Origin: Candidatus Latescibacterota bacterium
GTDB taxonomy: Bacteria; Latescibacterota; UBA2968; UBA8231
Assembly (NCBI GenBank): GCA_965248355.1
Contig: OZ252098.1
Location: forward strand, 192,001 to 256,000
Direction of reading: 5' to 3'
Length of the DNA stretch: 64,000 nucleotides
Shown here: piece after piece, positions 28,772 through 37,832 of the stretch
Numbering within the stretch: position 1 is the stretch's first letter
Layout: every line of letters begins with the position of its first letter
Notes under the pieces: model-generated
Database searches by the model: none
The model's input: the letters and a program-made list of their open reading frames with translations, nothing else
Told to the model about the DNA's origin: nothing
Translations under genes and position numbers: made by a program

Positions 28772-31509
28772 TGCCCTCTCTCGCGGCAGGTCCCGGACCG
28801 CGCCCGGCCCTGTGGACGGCGGCCGTCCTGATCCTGTCCGGAGCCTTCCCGCCGGAGGGGGAGGCCCAGCAGTACGGGACCCGGGCGGAGGCGCCGCGGG
28901 CCCTGGCGGACCTGTCGCCGCGGTTCGAGGTGGCGTACACGACCCCGGCCCTGCACAAGTGGTACGCCTCCCGCAGCCTGGCCGGGACCTACGCCGATTA
29001 CTGGTACGACACCGGCGCCAACTACGCGCGCGGCCGTTACCTGCGCTACCTGCGGCCGGAGCTGGCGGGAGAGGAGTGGTACGACTCCTTCGGGCAGCAT
29101 GTGGGCCGGGGCTGGCTGGTCTACTCGTGGCAGCAGCTCCAGCCGGCGCGGGAGGGCTCCGACATCACCTGGACCCCCTTCTCGAGCGCCTTCGGGGGGC
29201 TGGTGATCGCCTCCGACCGGCGGGGAGGGGAGACGTACCGGCTGATGGCGGGCGGGCGCCTGGACGCGCACCTCACGCCCCTGACCCTTCGCAAGCCCGG
29301 CTTTGATGGCGTGCGCCTCGACTACGCCAGGGACCGCATCGAGAGCACCCTGCTGTTCTCCCGGCCGAGTCAGCCCTCCGGCCCCCGCGCCAACGTGACC
29401 CACCTGACGGGCGGCCACCTGCAGTACACCCTCTTCGACGCCGCCGGCCTGGGGCTGACCTACGTGAACCTGCGCAACTCGACCACCCGGGAGGAGTGGC
29501 GGGCCGGCAACCCGCTGGGCGGCGTGCTCACCTCCAACCAGAACCGGATCCCGGAGAAGCTGTGGGTCCAGGTGCGGGACGACTCGCCCGCCGACGGCAC
29601 CGGCGGCGCCCGGGTCTTCCGTCACGACATCGTCTTCACCGACACCAGCGGGGTGCGCATCCGCGGCCGGGACCTCGGCCTGGAGCCGCAGATCTCGGGC
29701 GGGCGCCTGCGCGACGGCGCCCTGGTCGTGGATGGGTCGGAGCGCCTGCTGCTGGAGTACGACCTCGGGGCCCTGGCCGAGCTCGGCGTCGACAGCGGGG
29801 CCCTGACGGGCGCCGCCGTGGAGCTGGCCGTGGCCAACGACTACCGGATCGAGCTGGCCTCAAATCTTCAAACCGACGGCGAGCGCAGGCCCGAGACCGT
29901 GTTCCTCCCCTACGCGCGGGCGGCCGGCAACGTGCAGGACGAGAGCAACGGCCGCGTCCTGCGCCTCGACTACGGCCTGCCAACGGCCAACGAGCTGATC
30001 GGCCTCGACTGGGACCTGGTGGACTGGCACGGTCTCTCGGTGCAGGGGGAGACGGTCCTCAACCGGAAGCACCGGAAGTATCCCAATCCCCGGCGGACCC
30101 GGCATCACGAGATGGTGCGCAGCGCCTGGGCCGCCTACGGCATCGCCGCCTACAACCGATACCCGTGGGGCCTGCTCCTGGAGACGTTCTCCATGGACGA
30201 CGCCTACAGCACCAACCACTGGCTGACCCTGGGCAACGGCCAGATCCAGTACGATGCGCCGGTGCCCATGCTCTACGAGCTGATCGACGACGACGACGAC
30301 CACGACGCCATTCCCGAGTGGCCCCGGGTGTGGCAGGGCAGTTCGGGGGGCATCGCCTTCCCCGGCGTCGACTTCAACCGCGACTTCATCTACGACTACA
30401 ACCAGAACAACGACCCCCGTCCGGGTGCCGGCTTCTCCAAGCCGGGCCAGCCCGCGGCCGTGGGCCTCAACCGGAACCGCAACCTGATCCCCGACTACGA
30501 GGAGCCCTTCCTGCGCTTCCGGTCGGACCGGCCCGAGTTCCTCTTCGGCGTCGACATGAACCACAACGGCACCGCCGACCCCTTCGAGAACGACCTGGTC
30601 GCCGACTACCCCTACCGCCGCGACCACCGCGGCTTCAACCTGCACGCCAAGGTCTTCGTCACCCCCGACGCTCGCCTGATGGCCGGCCGCCAGCGCATGG
30701 CGCTGATCTCCGGGGACGGCCGGACGGAGGCGTGGTACGCCCTGCTCGCCTGGACGCGGCGCCTGGGCCGCTCTCGTCTCCGCGTCTTCGACTTCGGCGC
30801 CTCGGTGCGCGACGACATCCCCGACCACCTGCAGAAGTGGGTGCAGCCCAGCGGCTCGGCCGGGCGCATGGAGGACGCCCGGGACCTGCTGCCCTCGAGG
30901 GACACCTGGCGCAACACCCTGTACGCCGACCTCGATCAGCGGCTGGGCCAGGGGGTGCGCCTCTTCCACCGCTTCAAGTGGGAGACCTTCCGGCAGCGCC
31001 GGGACGAGGAGGAGGTGCGGCTGGAAGAGAGGCGCGTGCGCTCGGGGTTCCTCGGCCTGATCAACCGGGCCGAGTGGTCGATCCCGGCCGGCCGGGGACT
31101 GCTGGAGCCTCGCTGGAAGAGCGAGTACCGCGCCGACCGGCCCTACGACGCCCGGCGGCCCCGGGCCCGAAGTATCGAGGAGTCCCTCTTCCTCCTGTGG
31201 AGACAGCCGCTGCTCTCCGAGCTCACCAGCGTGAACTACTACGCCCGCTACGGCAAGCAGCTCTTCGACACGGAACTGCAGTTCGGGCTGGAGTGGACCC
31301 GGGGCTGGCTGCTGCAGGGAGCGCGCCCCGGGCTCGACGGCGACTTCACGGCCCGGACCCTGGTGCTCCAGGTGATCAACCGGGTCGGCTACCAGGGGTA
31401 CCAGCTGGTCACGCGGGGCGGCGTGCAGGTCTCGGACCGCGACCCGGAGTCCGGACCCGCCGAGCGTGCCTCGATGCTGTTCATGAGCATGAACGCGGGG
31501 CTGCGGTGA
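28771..31509 (+). CDS. Large exported protein B1 (912 aa), putative outer-membrane beta-rich protein with Asp/Asn-rich Ca-binding-like loops
   Basis: TGATG coupling; signal peptide; DDDDDHD, DFNRD, DMNHNG loops; amphipathic strands at the C-terminus; paralog of 33455-36088. Confidence 0.75.
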   Translation: MPSLAAGPGPRPALWTAAVLILSGAFPPEGEAQQYGTRAEAPRALADLSPRFEVAYTTPALHKWYASRSLAGTYADYWYDTGANYARGRYLRYLRPELAGEEWYDSFGQHVGRGWLVYSWQQLQPAREGSDITWTPFSSAFGGLVIASDRRGGETYRLMAGGRLDAHLTPLTLRKPGFDGVRLDYARDRIESTLLFSRPSQPSGPRANVTHLTGGHLQYTLFDAAGLGLTYVNLRNSTTREEWRAGNPLGGVLTSNQNRIPEKLWVQVRDDSPADGTGGARVFRHDIVFTDTSGVRIRGRDLGLEPQISGGRLRDGALVVDGSERLLLEYDLGALAELGVDSGALTGAAVELAVANDYRIELASNLQTDGERRPETVFLPYARAAGNVQDESNGRVLRLDYGLPTANELIGLDWDLVDWHGLSVQGETVLNRKHRKYPNPRRTRHHEMVRSAWAAYGIAAYNRYPWGLLLETFSMDDAYSTNHWLTLGNGQIQYDAPVPMLYELIDDDDDHDAIPEWPRVWQGSSGGIAFPGVDFNRDFIYDYNQNNDPRPGAGFSKPGQPAAVGLNRNRNLIPDYEEPFLRFRSDRPEFLFGVDMNHNGTADPFENDLVADYPYRRDHRGFNLHAKVFVTPDARLMAGRQRMALISGDGRTEAWYALLAWTRRLGRSRLRVFDFGASVRDDIPDHLQKWVQPSGSAGRMEDARDLLPSRDTWRNTLYADLDQRLGQGVRLFHRFKWETFRQRRDEEEVRLEERRVRSGFLGLINRAEWSIPAGRGLLEPRWKSEYRADRPYDARRPRARSIEESLFLLWRQPLLSELTSVNYYARYGKQLFDTELQFGLEWTRGWLLQGARPGLDGDFTARTLVLQVINRVGYQGYQLVTRGGVQVSDRDPESGPAERASMLFMSMNAGLR

Positions 31510-33440
31510 GGGGCCGCGGAGCGGCTCGTGTGGGGGCCCTGGCCCTGGCGGTGACGCTGGGGTGGGCCGCCGGCGCCGGCGCCCAGCGGGGCGTGTACAC
31601 CCTCGGCGACGGCGACAACCCCTGGGCCGAAGGGGGGGGCCGGGGGGACCCCGTCCACCTGGTGAAAGGCGGGATCCGGGCCGTCCTCGACACGGGGAAT
31701 GTGCCGCACGCCGACATCGAGTTCGAGCATCGCCCGGGCTGGATCAGCCCCAGGTTCCTGGACGGCGAGACCAACATCGCCGGCCTCGTGCTGGAGGCCC
31801 CGGGCCGCATCCGGGCGCCGAACTCGATCGGGCGGCCCTCGGCCCTGGTCCGGAGGCAGCTGCAGGGGCTGGTGAACGGCGACCACTCCGTGGCCTTCGA
31901 GCGCAAGCCGACCCTCCTCGAGCCGGCCCTGACCAGCTTCGGGATCTGGGTCTACCTCGACTTCGGGCGCCAGGTGGGGGTCGAGCGCATCCGGTTCTAC
32001 CCGCGCAACACCATCGTGCCGACGCCGCAGACCCCGTTCCACGACGACTTCCTGCGCGCCTACGAGGTGTGGATCAACCCCAGGCAGACCGATCGCGCCG
32101 GCGGCAGCCCCGACATCCTCGTCGAGCGGGTCACCAACAACACCGATCCCGTGGTCGACGTGCACCTCACCCCCCGGTACGTGCGCCTGGTCAAGCTCCG
32201 CTCCCTGAGCGAGCAGCCCTACGAAGTGGACGAGCTGGAGATCTACGGCTCGGGCTACCTGGGCGAGGGGGTCTACTACTCGGACCTGATCGACCTCGGG
32301 AGCCGGGCCACCATCGGCCCGATCCGCTGGGTGGAGGAGATCGCGGGCGGACCCGAATTCTCCGACTTGAGCGTGCGTGTGCGCACCGGAGACGACGGCA
32401 CGCCGCTGGTCTTCAGGCGCCGGGTGCCCGACCCCGAGGACCCCGAGAGCACCGTCCTCGTCGAGATCACCCCGGAGGAGTACTGGAGTCTGGAGATGGA
32501 CCAGGGGGGCGTCGTCGAGGATGTCGAGAACTGGAGCTCCTGGAAGTCGGCGGTCAAGGGGGGCCTGGTCACCGCCCCGACCCCGCGCCGCTGGGCACAG
32601 TTCCGGCTGGAGTTCGCCGGCCGCCTCTTCGACACCCGGCAGGTGGACCACATCACCTTCCCCTACCTGCGGCCGCCGATCGCCGATACCCTCCGGGCGG
32701 AGGTCTACCCGCGCCTGTCGCAGGTCGAGGAGCCGGCCAGCTTCCGCTACGCCGTCCGCCTGGGCCGCGGCGGGCCGATCCTCGGCTTCGACCAGCTCGA
32801 GGTGGACACGACGGTGCCCATGGAGCGGGTGCGCGAGGTGAGGCTGAACGGCGCCGCCCTGGAGGCGGAGGTCCTGTTCTCCCGGAACGACGCCTTCCGC
32901 ATCGGCTTCCCCCTCGTCTCGGGGGCGGGGGACGTGCTCGAGTTCACCTTCGATCTGCCCGTCTTCCGCTTCGGGACCACGTTCTCGGGCCGCGCCCTCA
33001 ACAGCCGCTTTCCCACGGTGCCCCAGCCTCTCGAGGCGGGCAACGCCACCGACTTCGGACCTGGCGACTTCGACGAGCTGTCCGGCCTCTTCGTGGCCAT
33101 CCCGGAGGAGCAGATCGGCCGCCTCGTAGGGGAGATCGCCCTCTCGACCCCGGTGTTGACGCCGAATGGAGACGGCCTCAACGACGGCCTGCTCGTGCGC
33201 TTCAACCTTCTGCAGCTGACCGACCGGGCCCCGGTGCGCTTCGACCTCTTCGATCTCTCCGGCCGGCGGGTGGCCCACGCCGACCTCGGGCTCCACGGCC
33301 TCGGGCCCTCGGAGTACCTCTGGGACGGCCGCGGGGTGGACGGCCGCGTCCTGGCGCCGGGAACCTACATGTGGCGGCTGCGGGTCGACGCCGACGCCTT
33401 CGCCGAAGACCACTTCGGCGTGCTGGCCGTGGCCTACTGA
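31506..33440 (+). CDS. Secreted protein A3: discoidin-like domain plus C-terminal FlgD/T9SS type-B-like domain
   Basis: GTGA overlap; signal peptide; YLDFG...RIRFYPR...VDELEIY; TPNGDGLND...WDGRG...APGTY...AVAY. Confidence 0.8.
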   Translation: MRGRGAARVGALALAVTLGWAAGAGAQRGVYTLGDGDNPWAEGGGRGDPVHLVKGGIRAVLDTGNVPHADIEFEHRPGWISPRFLDGETNIAGLVLEAPGRIRAPNSIGRPSALVRRQLQGLVNGDHSVAFERKPTLLEPALTSFGIWVYLDFGRQVGVERIRFYPRNTIVPTPQTPFHDDFLRAYEVWINPRQTDRAGGSPDILVERVTNNTDPVVDVHLTPRYVRLVKLRSLSEQPYEVDELEIYGSGYLGEGVYYSDLIDLGSRATIGPIRWVEEIAGGPEFSDLSVRVRTGDDGTPLVFRRRVPDPEDPESTVLVEITPEEYWSLEMDQGGVVEDVENWSSWKSAVKGGLVTAPTPRRWAQFRLEFAGRLFDTRQVDHITFPYLRPPIADTLRAEVYPRLSQVEEPASFRYAVRLGRGGPILGFDQLEVDTTVPMERVREVRLNGAALEAEVLFSRNDAFRIGFPLVSGAGDVLEFTFDLPVFRFGTTFSGRALNSRFPTVPQPLEAGNATDFGPGDFDELSGLFVAIPEEQIGRLVGEIALSTPVLTPNGDGLNDGLLVRFNLLQLTDRAPVRFDLFDLSGRRVAHADLGLHGLGPSEYLWDGRGVDGRVLAPGTYMWRLRVDADAFAEDHFGVLAVAY

Positions 33441-33454
33441 AAGCGGGGAAAGGG

Positions 33455-36088
33455 ATGGTGCGGATACTGACGATTCTGTTGCTCGCGGGGCTCTGGGGGC
33501 TCGCGGCCGAGGCCCAGGACTACGGCGCCCGCCTGGCCACGGTCCAGCGCGGAGGCCGCGTCAGCTTCGAGCCCACGGGTCCCGGGGTGCTCTTCGACGC
33601 CCTCGACCCGGCCCTGCGCAAGTGGTACGTGCCCCAGGAGCTCTATGCGGAGTACCAGTGGAAGCAGTGGCAGTACTCGAACTACGCCCGCCGGAACTAC
33701 CAGCGATACGTCTCCACCTCGCTGGAGGGAGACTACTGGTACGACGCCTACGGCAACCTGCTGACCCGCGGCTGGCTGGTCTACGACTGGCGTCAGCAGA
33801 ACTCGGCTCCCTTCGGCAGCGTGCTGGAGAAGACGGGCCGCTTCAGCGGCTGGTTTTCGAGTCTCGCCGTGGCCTCCGACCACAAGGGCCAGTACCACCT
33901 CGCGGTCACCGTGGGCAACCGCATCCGCACCACCCTGACGCCCATGACCTTCAGCAAGCCGGAATTCAACGGCCTGCAGTGGGACTTCGCCTCCGACAAG
34001 CACGCCATGACCCTGCTCATGTCTCGCATCAACGAGCCGAACTCCCCCGGGTACCTGCCGGAAGGGCGTACGAGCAACACCAACCTCTTCGGGGGACGGC
34101 TGGAGTCCCAGATCGGGGACTTCCTCGTGGTGGGCGGCACCTTCGTCAACGCCCACCACTCGGTCACCCAGCTCGACGGCTTCGGCAGCGATATCATCTC
34201 CGGTGTGTTGTCGGAGGGTCAGAACTTCCGCACCGTCACCCGCATCCAGGTGCGCATCGCCGACGACTCTCCCGGGGACGGCTCCGGCGGCGCCCTGTTC
34301 TCCTCCGACCTCCGGATCCACGACTTCGATGGCGGCACCGTCAGCGCCTCCGGGATCGGCTTCCGCCCCCTCGTGGAAGGGGGCCTGCAGCGGCCCGGGT
34401 ACCTGGCGGCGGACGGCGACGAGATCGTCGTCACCTACGATTTCAACGACCGCACCTACTCGGGGCCCGACCCGACGGAGATCGAGCGCGTCGAGGTCGA
34501 GCTGGTGGTGGCCAACGACTACCGCATCGAGATCGCCTCCGACCGGCAGACCAACGCCGACGGCTCCGTCGTCTTCCTGCCCTTGACGAGGGCCCGGGGC
34601 AACGTCCGGGACGGGTCGAACCAGCGCGTCCTGCGCTTCGACTACGGCGCGCCCACGGCCAACCAGATCGCCGGCTTCACGGTGGAGACCACGGACCTGC
34701 GCGGGCTGGACGCCTACCTGGAGGTCAACCTCAACCACCGCTACCGCAAGTACCCCAACCCGCACCGGGAGCGCCACGAGACCGCCCGGGACCGGTCCCT
34801 GGGATGGCTGCTCAACGTCTCCCGCAAGGACTACCCGTGGTTCGCCCTGGTCGAGGCCTTCGGCATGGACCCGGGGTACTCCACCTCCTTCGTCACCGTG
34901 GAGGAGCGTGCCTCGGTCCCGGACTACGGCAACCGTTTCGAGCTCTACGAGTTCGTCGAGGACAACGACGACTACGACCGCTATCCGGACTGGCGGCGCA
35001 AGGGCTCGCCGGCGGGCGACGAGGACGTCTTCCCGGGGCTCGACGAGAACAACGACCGAATCTGGGACTTCAACCAGAACGACAACGAAGAGCGTCAGAG
35101 CCTGATCCCCGACTGGGAGGAGCCCTTCCTGCGCTACTTCGCCGACCGCCCGGAGTACCTCTACGGCGTCGACTCCAACCACAACGGCACGGTGGACCGG
35201 TTCGAGAACGACGAGCGGCCCGACTACCCGTACCGGCGGGACCAGCAGGGCTACAACCTCTACGGCGGCGCCCATCTCGGCCCCGACGCGCGTCTCACCC
35301 TGGGCCGCATGGAGGTGGAGCAGCTCTCCGACGACCGCCACAACAGGGCCCTCTACGGACAGCTCGCCGTCGACTGGGACACGGCCGCCCGGGGCCGGCT
35401 CCGTCTCTTCCAGGACCTGCGCCGGGTGCGGGACACGATCCGGGACGACCTGCTGCAGTGGGTGCAGCTGCCCAACGCCCGGGGGGATCTCTTCGCCGTG
35501 ATCGACCCGCTGGCGGCGCAGGACACCTGGGTGAACACGACCTGGGCGGGATGGCAGCACCGGCGGACCTCCGGGCTGTCCCTCGACAACAAGGTGAAGT
35601 GGACGTGGTGGCGGCAGACCGACGACGACCTGGCTCTGGAGCTGCGGGGCCAGCGGTTGTCGTCGTACTTCCTCGGCGTCGTCAACAAGGCCCATTACAG
35701 CTGGAGCCTGGGCCGGGCGCTCATCACGCCCCGGTGGAAGAGCGAGTGGTCGCGCTCGGCCCCCGTGGCGCGGGAGGAGTCGCGCCGCCACGAGCTGACG
35801 GAGCTCTTCATGCTCGTGGTCCGTCACCCCATCATGCAGAAGAGCTTCGTCGAGGGCGGCCTGGAGTACGAGGTGTTCAACCAGCTGAGGGACCCGGTGC
35901 CCGCCGGGGCCAGCCCGTCCTACAGGGGGCTGACGACGACGGTGCAGGTGATGAACCTGTCCGAGTACCAGGGTTACCGGCTGACCACGACTCTCGGGTT
36001 CGAGGTCAGCCGCCGCGACCTCCGGTTCGAGCCGGTGACGACACGGACGCGGGGGTTCATCACCATCTACGCGGGCATCCAGGAATAG
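33455..36088 (+). CDS. Large exported protein B2 (877 aa), paralog of B1
   Basis: Signal peptide ending AEA; shares PALxKWY, RGWLVY, ANDYRIE, KYPNP, LIPDxEEPFLR, GVDxNHNGT, DYPYRRD, PRWKSE, YQGY with B1. Confidence 0.8.
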   Translation: MVRILTILLLAGLWGLAAEAQDYGARLATVQRGGRVSFEPTGPGVLFDALDPALRKWYVPQELYAEYQWKQWQYSNYARRNYQRYVSTSLEGDYWYDAYGNLLTRGWLVYDWRQQNSAPFGSVLEKTGRFSGWFSSLAVASDHKGQYHLAVTVGNRIRTTLTPMTFSKPEFNGLQWDFASDKHAMTLLMSRINEPNSPGYLPEGRTSNTNLFGGRLESQIGDFLVVGGTFVNAHHSVTQLDGFGSDIISGVLSEGQNFRTVTRIQVRIADDSPGDGSGGALFSSDLRIHDFDGGTVSASGIGFRPLVEGGLQRPGYLAADGDEIVVTYDFNDRTYSGPDPTEIERVEVELVVANDYRIEIASDRQTNADGSVVFLPLTRARGNVRDGSNQRVLRFDYGAPTANQIAGFTVETTDLRGLDAYLEVNLNHRYRKYPNPHRERHETARDRSLGWLLNVSRKDYPWFALVEAFGMDPGYSTSFVTVEERASVPDYGNRFELYEFVEDNDDYDRYPDWRRKGSPAGDEDVFPGLDENNDRIWDFNQNDNEERQSLIPDWEEPFLRYFADRPEYLYGVDSNHNGTVDRFENDERPDYPYRRDQQGYNLYGGAHLGPDARLTLGRMEVEQLSDDRHNRALYGQLAVDWDTAARGRLRLFQDLRRVRDTIRDDLLQWVQLPNARGDLFAVIDPLAAQDTWVNTTWAGWQHRRTSGLSLDNKVKWTWWRQTDDDLALELRGQRLSSYFLGVVNKAHYSWSLGRALITPRWKSEWSRSAPVAREESRRHELTELFMLVVRHPIMQKSFVEGGLEYEVFNQLRDPVPAGASPSYRGLTTTVQVMNLSEYQGYRLTTTLGFEVSRRDLRFEPVTTRTRGFITIYAGIQE

Positions 36089-36094
36089 CGTCCG

Positions 36095-37831
36095 TCAGCG
36101 GCCGGAGCCTTCGGCCAGCTCGATGAACCGCCCCGCCGGCAGGTCCCGGTAGACCTCCCGGGCCCTGCCCGGCCACCAGACCTCCAGGCTGTCCACGCGG
36201 TCGTCCGGACCGAGCCCGAAGAGCACGCGGGGATCGCTCTGCGACAGGTAGCTGCGGCCGCTGCTGACCTCCCGCCACTGGGTCCCCGAGGCCGAGCGCA
36301 GGCGCAAGCGGGTGCCCTCGCCGCTGCCGGTGGCGGCGCGCCGCAGGCGCACGGACAGCCAGCCGTGGCCGCTCCCGCCCTCGTTGCGCAGCACCGACAC
36401 CCGGTCCCCGAGGTTGACCACCAGCAGATCCGGGTCGCCGTCGTTGTCCAGGTCGCCGGCGGCCGAGCCCCGGCTCACCCGCTCCTGGGCCAGTCCCGGG
36501 CCGGCGCGGGAGGTGACGTCGGCGAACAGGGTGTTGCCGTAGGCGCCGGGACCGCGGTTGTGGAACAGGAAGTTGCGCTGGCCGTAGGTCGTCGACCGGT
36601 CGAAGGAGCGCACGTTGTCGAGCACGTGGCCGTTGGCCACGAACAGGTCGAGGCGGCCGTCGCCGTCCACGTCGACGAGGTTGGTGCCGAAGGCCAGGGC
36701 CGGCACCGTGAGCGCGCCGGTTCCGGAGGAGAAGGCCTGGGGCAGGAAGAAGGATCCGTCTCCCTGGTTGCGGAAGAGGCCGTTCGGCTCCCCCTGGAAG
36801 TTCGTCACCGTGAGGTCGAGGCGGCCGTCCCCGTCGTAGTCGGCGGCGTCGATGCCCATGCCCGCCTCCGGCAGACCGCTCTCGCCGTAGGCGACGCCGG
36901 CCTGGGCGCCGCGCTCTGCGAAGGTGCCGTCCCCGCGGTTGATGAACAGGAAGTTCGGCGTCGCGTCGTTGGCCACGTACAGGTCCGTCCACCCGTCGCC
37001 GTCGAGGTCCCCGGTGATCACGCCCAGGCCCTTCCCCGAGGCCAGGTGGACGCCGGCGGCGGCGGAGACGTCGGTGAAGGCCGTCCCCCGGCCGCCGTCG
37101 TTGCGCAGCAGCAGGTCGCCGAGGCCCTCGAAGTTGTCGGGATGCGGGTACCCCTTCGGGCCGCCGGGGCCGGCGCCCTCGGAGCGGGACAGGTAGGGGA
37201 TCGTCTCCGTCCCGGCGTCGGACAATTCGTAGTCCACGTAGCGGGCCACGTAGAGATCCAGGTCGCCGTCGAGGTCGTGGTCGAGGACGGCGCAGCCGGT
37301 GCCCCAACCGCGGTCGCCGAGTCCGGCCGCGGCGGTCACGTCCCGGAAGGCGCCGCCGTCGTTCCGGAAGAGCACGTCGTCGCCGTAGTTGGTGACGTAC
37401 AGATCGTCGTCGCCGTCGCCATCGAGATCGCCGGCGACGCAGCCGTTGCCGTAGCCCCGGTGGCCGACACCGGTCCGGTCCGTCGTCTCGGCGAAGGTGC
37501 CGTCCCGGAGGCCGCGGAACAGCCGGTTGCCGGCGGCGGCCTTGTCGTCGACCGGCCCCAGGGGCTTCCCGTTCACGAGATACACGTCCAGCCACCCGTC
37601 GCGGTCATAGTCCCACAACATGACGCCGCCGCCCATGGTCTCCGGGAAGTACCGGTGCTCGCTGAAACCGCTCACGTGGGCGGCATCGAGGCCGATCTCG
37701 GCTGCCACGTCGACGAAGCGGACGTCGAAGCCTCCCGGCGCGGTCCCTTCGGACGGGGTCTCGGGGGGGAGAACCGGCTCGCAGCCCGCCAGGGCGGCCG
37801 CGGCCGCGGCCATGGGGATCCAGCGAGCCAC
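36095..37831 (-). CDS. CRTAC1-family lipoprotein (FG-GAP repeats + ASPIC/UnbV)
   Basis: Lipobox LAGC; ETMGGG, repeated DxDxDGxxDL, AGMG, SRG.A.GDLDNDGD.DL, SYLSQSD...FGLG. Confidence 0.9.
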   Translation of the reverse strand: MARWIPMAAAAAALAGCEPVLPPETPSEGTAPGGFDVRFVDVAAEIGLDAAHVSGFSEHRYFPETMGGGVMLWDYDRDGWLDVYLVNGKPLGPVDDKAAAGNRLFRGLRDGTFAETTDRTGVGHRGYGNGCVAGDLDGDGDDDLYVTNYGDDVLFRNDGGAFRDVTAAAGLGDRGWGTGCAVLDHDLDGDLDLYVARYVDYELSDAGTETIPYLSRSEGAGPGGPKGYPHPDNFEGLGDLLLRNDGGRGTAFTDVSAAAGVHLASGKGLGVITGDLDGDGWTDLYVANDATPNFLFINRGDGTFAERGAQAGVAYGESGLPEAGMGIDAADYDGDGRLDLTVTNFQGEPNGLFRNQGDGSFFLPQAFSSGTGALTVPALAFGTNLVDVDGDGRLDLFVANGHVLDNVRSFDRSTTYGQRNFLFHNRGPGAYGNTLFADVTSRAGPGLAQERVSRGSAAGDLDNDGDPDLLVVNLGDRVSVLRNEGGSGHGWLSVRLRRAATGSGEGTRLRLRSASGTQWREVSSGRSYLSQSDPRVLFGLGPDDRVDSLEVWWPGRAREVYRDLPAGRFIELAEGSGR

Positions 37832-37832
37832 G

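Noticed and set aside
26608-33454. Very long upstream extensions of ORFs in the track (26608-31509, 29496-33440, 31562-36088) suggesting giant or overlapping proteins
   Set aside because: The extensions are Arg/Pro/Gly-rich off-frame readings of real genes in GC-rich DNA; true starts with signal peptides lie at the gene junctions
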